Assembly (NCBI GenBank): GCA_002772695.1
Contig: PFDI01000003.1
Span: 11,914 to 75,913, forward strand
Direction of reading: 5' to 3'
Length of the DNA stretch: 64,000 nt
Origin: Candidatus Pacebacteria bacterium CG10_big_fil_rev_8_21_14_0_10_44_54
GTDB taxonomy: Bacteria > Patescibacteriota > Microgenomatia > UBA1400 > PJMF01
The translations under genes and the position numbers were made by a program. The notes beneath the pieces were generated by a model. That model was given only the letters and a program-made list of their open reading frames with translations, searched no databases and was not told the origin of the DNA. Shown here in pieces: positions 57,255 through 64,000 of this stretch (within the stretch, counting starts at the first letter, position 1; every line of letters starts with the position of its first letter).

Positions 57255-58407
57255 GTTACTACGCAACAAAGAAGAGATCTTACTCCTATTACTAATTTTT
57301 TTATTAGCCCTAGGTCAACTCCAACGCCTACCGTTTCCCTGGGGTGCCCAGTACGCCCATGAGCTCGCCCTGCTGCTATATTTATTTACATGCAGGCAAC
57401 GCTACGCAAAAATACTGTTTACTAGCTGGAAAAATCTTACTACCAATAGCAAAATACTAACAATTTTGACAGTCAGCGGCGTACTGCTCCACGAGCTGAC
57501 TACAACTGATCAGCGCGCGCTCCTGCTTAGTGTGCGAGCATTTTTGTACGGAAGTGCTGCCTGGGTTGTATACCAATCGGCGACGGATAAACTCAAACTA
57601 CGACTACGATTCTTTCTACTCGCGAGTGGAGTAGGCATGGCAATCATTGGCAGTCTCCAGTACTTGTTTCTGCCCGACACTCGCTTCTTGCAAATTCTGG
57701 GTTGGGATGATCACTACTACAGAGCTATCGGCAGCATGCTTGATCCAAACTACCTCGGTATTATTTTGCTACTCACTCTGGCAAACCTCTGGACCTGGAC
57801 AAAAAAACTGCGACCAGAAATCATCCTTGCTGGAACACTAGTATTATCAATGACAATCGCAGCTACTTTCTCTCGTGCTAGCTTTTTGGCGACTGCCGTC
57901 TTTTTGGCCTCACAAGCTGTGTCAAAAAGATTGTTGGTGGTGCTTACAACACTCGTACTCATACTAACTATCGTGGTACTACCAAAGCCAACTGGCGAAG
58001 GAGTTAACTTACTTAGATCTAGCACGATTACAAGTCGTATTGACAATGATAAAGCAATTATACAAACACAGAAGCAACCCATGAAAGTATTGTTTGGAAC
58101 TGGTTTATTTTCGAGTACGCGTCAAACGACTTTAGAAAATAAAAGCATGGACCATGGATTGCAGGCAAACAACATTTTTATTTTTTTGTACCAAAGCATT
58201 GGCGTTGTGGGGATGCTACTACTTGCACCAGCTCTAGTCAAAGGAATCAGGAGCATCTATAAAAAAGAGCCTATCATTGCTTATGCTCTGGCAGCGATTT
58301 TTATCCATGCACAGTTCAACAATACTTTTTTTGAACCAATTGTTTTTTCGTACTGGGTTCTCACAAGTGCCTCGCTATCTCGTCAGCAAAACGATCAACA
58401 TGTATAA
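57247..58407 (+). CDS. Wzy_C family membrane protein (O-antigen ligase/polymerase-like), third paralog
   Basis: TFSRASFLATAVFLASQ...NNIFIFLYQSIGVVGMLLL and about 10 TM helices. Confidence 0.65.
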   Translation: MSKLLRNKEEILLLLLIFLLALGQLQRLPFPWGAQYAHELALLLYLFTCRQRYAKILFTSWKNLTTNSKILTILTVSGVLLHELTTTDQRALLLSVRAFLYGSAAWVVYQSATDKLKLRLRFFLLASGVGMAIIGSLQYLFLPDTRFLQILGWDDHYYRAIGSMLDPNYLGIILLLTLANLWTWTKKLRPEIILAGTLVLSMTIAATFSRASFLATAVFLASQAVSKRLLVVLTTLVLILTIVVLPKPTGEGVNLLRSSTITSRIDNDKAIIQTQKQPMKVLFGTGLFSSTRQTTLENKSMDHGLQANNIFIFLYQSIGVVGMLLLAPALVKGIRSIYKKEPIIAYALAAIFIHAQFNNTFFEPIVFSYWVLTSASLSRQQNDQHV

Positions 58408-59023
58408 GTCCAACTGTATTTACACTGCTAAAGTCTTGTCTCGCGTTGTATTCATTGAGCACTCCCAAACAATCAATGTTTGCTCGATTGGCCGCCTCTA
58501 CGCCAGGCAATGAATCTTCTAGCACGATAGCTTGTTTGGCAGTGCAGTGAAGTGCTTGCAGCATTGAGAAATAAATTTCTGGATCTGGTTTGTTTCGTTC
58601 TACGTCGTCACGAGAAAGTAGTTTTGTTACAGCCTTGGTTAGATCAAAATACTCAAGCACAGCCTCTAAATAGAGGGTTGTATTCATAGAAGCAATGCCT
58701 ATGGTATAGGCAACACTTGCAGATCTAATAAAATCAATAACTTGCTCATGTGGGGTGATGTATTTTTCAATATTCTCGATCGTTGCTTTTTTATAAAGCT
58801 GATACAATTCTTTCATTTCCTGAACGCTCAATCTATCCGAAAGGTTTTTTTCTATAAAAACACTGGTAGGCATGCCAACTTTACTTGGCGCAAGTTTTGG
58901 ATCTAGAACAATTTTGTGCTTGGCAAGCAATGTATCTGCCAAGAACACGAATGACTTTGATTCTGACTCAACAAGCACGCCATCAAAGTCAAAAATTATG
59001 CAGGTTTTTTTCATTAGCAGCAA
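58361..59023 (-). CDS. HAD superfamily hydrolase (beta-phosphoglucomutase-like subfamily IA)
   Basis: CIIFDFDGVLVESE (motif I), a motif II Ser/Thr, and ED...GVEAA (motif IV). The 3' end overlaps the Wzy_C gene by 47 nt (convergent). Confidence 0.75.
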   Translation of the reverse strand: MLLMKKTCIIFDFDGVLVESESKSFVFLADTLLAKHKIVLDPKLAPSKVGMPTSVFIEKNLSDRLSVQEMKELYQLYKKATIENIEKYITPHEQVIDFIRSASVAYTIGIASMNTTLYLEAVLEYFDLTKAVTKLLSRDDVERNKPDPEIYFSMLQALHCTAKQAIVLEDSLPGVEAANRANIDCLGVLNEYNARQDFSSVNTVGLIHVDRFADEIARHL

Positions 59024-59026
59024 ACC

Positions 59027-59740
59027 CTATAACTGAAAAGTAATCGAAATTTTTTGTTCCGTCACATTACCCGCTGTATCAGTGGCAATAATTTCTAGAT
59101 CATTCTTGCCTTCGCTGAGATGAAAGTTCTGCGAAAATACTCCATCTTGCTTGGCGTATGTCAGTTGTCCATTGATTGTCACTTTTACGCCAGGATCTGT
59201 TGTACCCTTGATTTGCAGATTTTGGTTATTCTTCCCCTGGATTGTGCTGCCATCTGCTAGATCAGTTAGCTCGAGCGGCGGCTCTTGTGTGTCTAATACA
59301 ATCTTGTATTCCCTGCTCAATTGTGACTCATTCTCTGCGACATCTCTGGCATACGTAGTCAAGACATTTTCACCCTCGGTAAGTGCAATTGTAGCCTGAA
59401 ATGATCCGTCGCCCTGCGCTTGTATTGGAGCCATCTCGTCCCCATTGACGATAACAAACACATCGCTCTCCGCCTCTGCATAGCCAAAGAGCAATAACTC
59501 TGCATCTTTGGTTGCTTTGGGTGGTGCAGTCAATGTCGGCGTAAAAGGCGGCAACTCATCTTTGGGGGTAAACGGTGTCGCACTACCAAGAAATGATGAG
59601 GTCATGTTGATAAAATTTGGCAAAATAACAAAGATAAACAAACCAATCAAGATCGCAGCCATAACCACAAAAAACCAAAACTGGCGAACCACTTTGTTTT
59701 TCTCTTGTTTGACTAGGCGAGATGAAACTCTTTTTCGCAT
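59027..59740 (-). CDS. hypothetical membrane-anchored protein with two tandem Ig-like/beta-sandwich repeats
   Basis: An N-terminal TM anchor, a Pro/Thr linker and an internal repeat (VIVNGD...DGSFQATIALTEGENVLTTYARDVAENES versus VTINGQ...DGVFSQNFHLSEGKNDLEIIATDTAGNVT). Confidence 0.4.
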   Translation of the reverse strand: MRKRVSSRLVKQEKNKVVRQFWFFVVMAAILIGLFIFVILPNFINMTSSFLGSATPFTPKDELPPFTPTLTAPPKATKDAELLLFGYAEAESDVFVIVNGDEMAPIQAQGDGSFQATIALTEGENVLTTYARDVAENESQLSREYKIVLDTQEPPLELTDLADGSTIQGKNNQNLQIKGTTDPGVKVTINGQLTYAKQDGVFSQNFHLSEGKNDLEIIATDTAGNVTEQKISITFQL

Positions 59741-59742
59741 AG

Positions 59743-60186
59743 TTATTTTGCGCTTGGGGAGCCAATTTTTTTGGCTGATCTTACCAAAGAACCAGAGTCA
59801 ACATGCTTCAGATTGATTCCGGTATCTTTTACTGCTACTAGTCCCATGACTAAATCTTTTATACGAGCAGCGTCCGATCTTCTAAGATACCGTATTGAAA
59901 TTGACTTATCATCAAAACCAAATACTTCAAACTGCAGCTTGGCGAAAAATGGCCCTGTGTTCATCTCGACAAGACGAATGTCTTGCAATAGAATCGTTAT
60001 GACTTCACTCGAGAGAAAAAATACTTTCTTGTGTATAACAACTTTGGTTGAATCGACAATAATTTTGTCGGGAAATAAAGCAAAAGGAAATACGCTTGTA
60101 CATGTAAAAAGCGTCCTATTTGCTTCTACAGCCATGTGTTGCAGTCTTTGCTCGCTAGTAAGATTCGCGTTTCGCTTGGTTTTCAT
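59743..60186 (-). CDS. hypothetical protein, possibly bacterial PH (bPH_2-like) domain
   Basis: ORF only; weak pattern resemblance. Confidence 0.3.
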   Translation of the reverse strand: MKTKRNANLTSEQRLQHMAVEANRTLFTCTSVFPFALFPDKIIVDSTKVVIHKKVFFLSSEVITILLQDIRLVEMNTGPFFAKLQFEVFGFDDKSISIRYLRRSDAARIKDLVMGLVAVKDTGINLKHVDSGSLVRSAKKIGSPSAK

Positions 60187-60220
60187 TGGCTTACAGTATA
60201 ACTGATTTTTCTTTGTAATG

Positions 60221-60293
60221 AGCCGGGAAGGGGATTCGAACCCCTGACCTACGGTTTACGATACCGCCGCTCTACCAACTGAGCTATCCCGGC
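60221..60293 (-). tRNA. tRNA-Thr (anticodon CGU), no encoded CCA
   Basis: Cloverleaf folded by hand: acceptor GCCGGGA/TCCCGGC, D-arm GCTC..GAGC, anticodon stem GCGGT/ACCGT with loop AUCGUAA, T-arm AGGGG-TTCGAAT-CCCCT. Confidence 0.85.
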
Positions 60294-60298
60294 GAGGG

Positions 60299-60369
60299 AG
60301 CGGGATACGGGAGTCGAACCCGCTTCTCCACCTTGGGAAGGTGGCATACTACCGCTGTACTAATCCCGC
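60299..60369 (-). tRNA. tRNA-Gly (anticodon CCC), no encoded CCA
   Basis: Acceptor GCGGGAT/ATCCCGC, anticodon stem CCACC/GGTGG with loop UUCCCAA, T-arm GCGGG-TTCGACT-CCCGT. Confidence 0.85.
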
Positions 60370-60379
60370 AGGCAAAAGT

Positions 60380-60388
60380 ATTGTAGCA
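60380..60388 (-). promoter_or_regulatory. extended -10 TGcTACAAT for the tRNA-Gly/tRNA-Thr transcript (minus strand), 10 nt upstream of the mature tRNA-Gly 5' end
   Basis: The reverse complement of 60380-60388 is TGCTACAAT. Confidence 0.35.
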
Positions 60389-60521
60389 AACAGCGAACTT
60401 CTACATAGATCGCGTCAGTTCAAAATACTTTATATGTTATTTTAGATTGCGATGGGTTGATTTTTTGTACGAAAACAAATTGGAATCAAAAAAAAGCTAG
60501 AGTGACTTAAATCTTTACTTG

Positions 60522-60594
60522 CGAACCCGACCGGGATCGAACCGGCGATCTCCTCCGTGACAGGGAGGCATGTTAACCACTACACCACGGGTCC
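60522..60594 (-). tRNA. tRNA-Asp (anticodon GUC), 3' CA only encoded
   Basis: Acceptor GGACCCG/CGGGTTC (one G-U pair), anticodon stem CCTCC/GGAGG with loop CUGUCAC, T-arm GCCGG-TTCGATC-CCGGT. Confidence 0.85.
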
Positions 60595-60604
60595 AACAGG
60601 CCAG

Positions 60605-60633
60605 ATTATACGAAGAGTCGTCTGGTTTGCCAA
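60605..60633 (-). promoter_or_regulatory. putative tRNA-Asp promoter (minus strand): -35 TTGGCA, 17-nt spacer, -10 TATAAT, 10 nt upstream of the mature 5' end
   Basis: The reverse complement reads TTGGCA-N17-TATAAT. Its -35 overlaps 5 of the 6 positions of the plus-strand lemA -35. Confidence 0.45.
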
Positions 60634-60654
60634 GTCACAACAGGATGCTATACT
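60627..60654 (+). promoter_or_regulatory. putative lemA promoter: -35 TTGCCA, 16-nt spacer, extended -10 TGcTATACT; ATG 9 nt downstream (leaderless)
   Basis: Read directly from the sequence. Confidence 0.45.
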
Positions 60655-60662
60655 AGCGGCAT

Positions 60663-61250
60663 ATGTCTACTCCAATTATCTTACTTGGTATTCTTCTAGC
60701 GTTGGCTGCCTATGCAGTTGGCCTCTACAACACGCTGCAACGCCTCAAGACACAAATAGCTGCCAGCATTCAGGAGATAGGTAATCAACTCAAGCGGCAA
60801 GCCTCGCTCATCCCCAATCTAGAGTCGAGCGTCAAGGGTTTTCTCAAACACGAAAAAGGAATCTTCGATCTCTTGGCTTCTGCCAGAAAGTCGGTTGCCA
60901 AAGCGGCTTCTTCCAACTCTCTGCCAGATGTAGAGCGGGCTGCTACTGCCATGCAGGAATTGATTCCAAAAATCAGCCTTGTGGTAGAAGATAATCCGGA
61001 GCTCAAGTCCAATGACACCGTCACCCAGTTTATGCGGGAGTTGACTGATACTGCCGACAAACTCATGTACGCGCGTCGCTCAGTGATTGACTTGACTCAA
61101 CAATTTAATGAAAAGTTAGTTGTTTTCCCATCCAATCTTATCGCAGGGATATTTGGCTTTGCACAACAAAAAGGACTAGAAACACCACAGACTGGACAAC
61201 ACCTCGAGGTGAGTTCAAACGAAATGAAGGATGTCAAAGTAGACATCTAG
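60663..61250 (+). CDS. lemA: LemA family protein
   Basis: An N-terminal TM segment followed by LYNTLQRLKTQIAASIQEIGNQLKRQASLIPNL. Confidence 0.8.
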   Translation: MSTPIILLGILLALAAYAVGLYNTLQRLKTQIAASIQEIGNQLKRQASLIPNLESSVKGFLKHEKGIFDLLASARKSVAKAASSNSLPDVERAATAMQELIPKISLVVEDNPELKSNDTVTQFMRELTDTADKLMYARRSVIDLTQQFNEKLVVFPSNLIAGIFGFAQQKGLETPQTGQHLEVSSNEMKDVKVDI

Positions 61251-61298
61251 CCACTCTTTCTCACTAGCTCGCCTACCGTTACAATACCAGTAGTTCTT

Positions 61299-62213
61299 AT
61301 GACGCATCTACAACTCATTCAGCAAAACAAATGGAAGTCATCTCTAATCATGTTGTTTTTTGTGGTTTTTGTTGTTGGGGCAAGCTACCTAATTGCTATT
61401 GGCTTGGGCTATGATCTCAGTTTTGTCGGCACTGCTCTGATTTTTTCTGGCTTACTATCTTTTGCCTCATACTGGTGGTCCGATAAAATTATATTGAGTA
61501 TTTCCAAAGCTCGTCCAGCCACCAGATCAGAATTTTTTGATTACTACACCGTAACAGAGAATATTGTGTCTGGGCAGCGTATGCCAATGCCAAAACTCTA
61601 TGTGATAGACGATACTGCCATGAACGCGTTTGCAACGGGCAGAGACCCGCAGCACGCGGTCGTCTGCGCGACGACCGGCCTACTTCAGAGACTCAGTAGA
61701 AGTGAAATTGAAGGAGTAGTAGCACACGAGCTGGCGCACGTCAAAAACTATGATATCCGGCTTATGTCTATCGTCACCATTCTTGTAGGCATGGTAGCAC
61801 TACTGTCTGACTGGGCCCTGAGAATGACGATATGGGGAAGGTCAGGGCGATCAAGAGACAACGAAAAAGAAGGTGGTCAAGCACAGATGATTTTGATGGT
61901 GGCAGGTATTACCTTGGCCCTACTTTCCCCACTGATTGCCCAAATTATTCAACTGGCAATCTCTCGCAAAAGAGAATTTCTAGCCGATGCGTCTGGTGTG
62001 GGCATGACCAGAAATCCAAATGGTTTGCTATCAGCGCTCAAAAAAATTGATTCTGATCGAGAGCCACTCGAGGTGGCCAATAAAGCCACCGCACACCTAT
62101 ACATCTCCAATCCGCTCAAAAATACGCATGGTGCTATTGGCTGGTTTGCCAAACTATTTAGAACTCACCCTCCAGTTGGAGAACGCGTCGCTGCCTTGGA
62201 GAAATTGTTGTGA
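61299..62213 (+). CDS. htpX: M48 family zinc metalloprotease HtpX
   Basis: VVAHELAHVKNYD (HEXXH) and four TM helices. Confidence 0.85.
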   Translation: MTHLQLIQQNKWKSSLIMLFFVVFVVGASYLIAIGLGYDLSFVGTALIFSGLLSFASYWWSDKIILSISKARPATRSEFFDYYTVTENIVSGQRMPMPKLYVIDDTAMNAFATGRDPQHAVVCATTGLLQRLSRSEIEGVVAHELAHVKNYDIRLMSIVTILVGMVALLSDWALRMTIWGRSGRSRDNEKEGGQAQMILMVAGITLALLSPLIAQIIQLAISRKREFLADASGVGMTRNPNGLLSALKKIDSDREPLEVANKATAHLYISNPLKNTHGAIGWFAKLFRTHPPVGERVAALEKLL

Positions 62214-62503
62214 AGAATCTTATACAACACCTGGCTCAGCTAGCGGCACTAGAAATTTCTGATTCTGAAGTACCTAAATACCAAGCACAGCTCACAGATA
62301 TTTTTGAACACATGGACCAGATAAAGCAGCTTGACCTTGCCGCAATCGCGGAAACGTTTCGTACTACAGAGGAAGAAAATGTCTTGCGCGATGATATTGT
62401 CACCCCTTCGCTTTCTCAAGCTGAAGCACTTCAAAATGCATCTCTAACTCATGATGGCTTTTTCGTTGTTCCAAGTGTCATGAAAGACAAAGATGCTACT
62501 TGA
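62210..62503 (+). CDS. gatC: Asp-tRNA(Asn)/Glu-tRNA(Gln) amidotransferase subunit C
   Basis: A 97-aa protein with LAQLAALEISDSEV, located directly upstream of gatA. Confidence 0.8.
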   Translation: MKNLIQHLAQLAALEISDSEVPKYQAQLTDIFEHMDQIKQLDLAAIAETFRTTEEENVLRDDIVTPSLSQAEALQNASLTHDGFFVVPSVMKDKDAT

Positions 62504-63878
62504 GTTGAGTATTGATGAACTAGCGGCTCGCTTGCGCAAAAAGGAAATAACTATTGAGCAGCTGGTTAGTGAATCAATCGACGCAAGTCTGCAAGAAAAT
62601 GAAAAACTTAACTGCTATATTTCACTACGGAATAAAAAAGATGTGCTCAAGGAGGCTCGTCAAAAAGATCTTGAGTTTTCAGTCGACAAACCCAAACTCT
62701 ATGGCATTCCTTTTTCTGTCAAAGACAGTTATGTCACTAAAGAGTTGCCAACAACTTCTGGTAGTGCAGTACTTCAAAACTACCACTCACCCTACACAGC
62801 AACTGTAGTAAAAAAACTGCAAGCAGCCGGAGCTATTTTGATAGGAAAAAATAGTCAAGACAGCTGGGGACACGGTGGTTCAAGTGAAAATACTGACTTT
62901 GCAGTAGTCAAAAATCCAAACAATCTCAAACACATAGCTGGGGGTTCATCTGGAGGCAGTGCCGCAGCTGTTGCCGCACATCTTGTTTCGTTTTCAATAG
63001 GCGAAGACACGGGAGGCTCTATTCGCAACCCTGCCAGCATGTGTGGAGTATCTGGGCTAAAAGTCACATATGGAAGAGTTTCACGCTACGGCACGATTGC
63101 TTACGCATCCTCTCTCGACACCGTCGGACCAATCGCAAACTCTGCGGCAGATCTTGCACTCGTATTGGAAACAATAGCGGGGGCTGACCCAAAAGACAGC
63201 TCGAGTTCTCAGAGACCAGTTGATACCTATACCAAAACACTTACACAACAAATTAGCGGAAAAAAGATTGGACTACCAAAACAGTTTTTTGGCGATAACT
63301 ATAATCCTGAAGTTCGAGCATCTGTGCTTGCTGCAGTTGAAAAATTACGCTCACTTGGCTTAGAAACTGTTGAACTTGACATGCCTGTTCTCGACTACGC
63401 AATCCCGATCTACTACATGATTGCTGCAAGTGAAACAAGCTCAAACTTGGCACGTTACGACGGCATACGCTTTGGCACTGGTAGAGACAAATTTTTGCCA
63501 GAATCAACCCGTCGCATTATGCTCGGCACCTACGCACTCTCTGCAGGCTACGCAGATGAACTCTATAAAAATGGTCAGCGAGCTCGTACTCTTTTGATCA
63601 ATAGTTATGAAAAAGCATTCAAAAACTGCGATGTCATAATCACTCCTACTTCGCCGTCTCTCGCTCAAAAATTTGGTGAACTCCTCACCAATCCAATAGA
63701 AAATATGTTGGCAGACTTATTTACCGTTACCTGCAATCTCGTCGGTATTCCAAGTATCGCTATTCCTGTTGGTCGAAGTAAAGATAACTTGTCGATCGGT
63801 ATGCAGATAATGGGTAAAAAATTTGCAGAAAGCAGTATTCTCAACATTGCTCACATTTATCAAACCACTACGCAATGA
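62493..63878 (+). CDS. gatA: Asp-tRNA(Asn)/Glu-tRNA(Gln) amidotransferase subunit A
   Basis: Amidase signature GGSSGGSAAAVAA...GEDTGGSIRNPAS. Confidence 0.95.
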   Translation: MLLELSIDELAARLRKKEITIEQLVSESIDASLQENEKLNCYISLRNKKDVLKEARQKDLEFSVDKPKLYGIPFSVKDSYVTKELPTTSGSAVLQNYHSPYTATVVKKLQAAGAILIGKNSQDSWGHGGSSENTDFAVVKNPNNLKHIAGGSSGGSAAAVAAHLVSFSIGEDTGGSIRNPASMCGVSGLKVTYGRVSRYGTIAYASSLDTVGPIANSAADLALVLETIAGADPKDSSSSQRPVDTYTKTLTQQISGKKIGLPKQFFGDNYNPEVRASVLAAVEKLRSLGLETVELDMPVLDYAIPIYYMIAASETSSNLARYDGIRFGTGRDKFLPESTRRIMLGTYALSAGYADELYKNGQRARTLLINSYEKAFKNCDVIITPTSPSLAQKFGELLTNPIENMLADLFTVTCNLVGIPSIAIPVGRSKDNLSIGMQIMGKKFAESSILNIAHIYQTTTQ

Positions 63879-64000
63879 CAAGACAAAAATACCAACTAGT
63901 CTGCGGCATGGAGATCCATGCAGAACTCAAAACAAACTCAAAAATGTTTTGTGGCTGCAAAAACGATCCTTTTCATGCACCCAAACCAAATATCTATACG
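63875..64000 (+). CDS. gatB: Asp-tRNA(Asn)/Glu-tRNA(Gln) amidotransferase subunit B (5' partial in window)
   Basis: MTRQKYQLVCGMEIHAELKTNSKMFCGCKN. The ATG overlaps the gatA stop (ATGA). Confidence 0.85.
   Translation, partial: MTRQKYQLVCGMEIHAELKTNSKMFCGCKNDPFHAPKPNIYT

Noticed and set aside
60370-60521. 152-bp A/T-rich spacer between tRNA-Gly and tRNA-Asp as a possible small ncRNA or additional tRNA
   Set aside because: No cloverleaf can be folded. The region is adequately explained by the tRNA-Gly promoter (TGcTACAAT) and the 3' trailer of tRNA-Asp.
1-64000. CRISPR arrays, transposases, integrases, prophage or toxin-antitoxin modules
   Set aside because: No short interspaced direct repeats, inverted-repeat-flanked elements or recognisable transposase/integrase/nuclease motifs were found. 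The paralogous Wzy_C and GT-C genes are divergent duplications, not mobile repeats.

Overview
This is a gene-dense window of about 95% coding sequence with short intergenic regions, many 4-nt ATGA/GTGA start-stop overlaps, and about 45 consecutive genes on the + strand (10.1-54.8 kb). UGA is used as a stop codon, so this is the standard code rather than the UGA=Gly code of Gracilibacteria/SR1. Gene content and style point to a reduced-genome bacterium of the CPR/Patescibacteria type (inference): no Shine-Dalgarno-dependent starts, leaderless transcripts, tRNA genes without encoded CCA, GatCAB, a minimal RecO, and no T-box leaders. Three blocks are present. (1) Positions 0.65-29.4 kb hold a large glycosylation island with 4 GT2, about 6 GT4, 3 polytopic GT-C/PMT-like proteins, 3 paralogous Wzy_C (O-antigen-ligase/O-oligosaccharyltransferase-like) proteins, two SAM methyltransferases, a UDP-glucuronate decarboxylase (UXS), a hexapeptide acetyltransferase, ManC, a small PglC-like phosphoglycosyltransferase and a DUF4012-like protein. 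One Wzy_C is a 1046-aa triple fusion. ruvCAB is embedded and translationally coupled within the island. (2) Positions 32.3-48.2 kb hold a remodelled dcw cluster (mraZ-rsmH-ftsL-ftsI-murE-yvcK-murC-murB-murA-mraY-ftsW-murG-ftsQ-ftsA-ftsZ), followed by ileS, a second SEDS gene, and rplU-[RNA methyltransferase]-rpmA. (3) parB, lepB, a mini Wzx/GT2/Wzy module, three tRNAs on the minus strand (Thr-CGU, Gly-CCC, Asp-GUC), lemA-htpX and gatCAB. Recurrent extended -10 promoters (TGnTAyAcT) sit 9-11 nt upstream of ATG codons, implying leaderless or near-leaderless mRNAs. No CRISPR array, transposase or integrase was seen.
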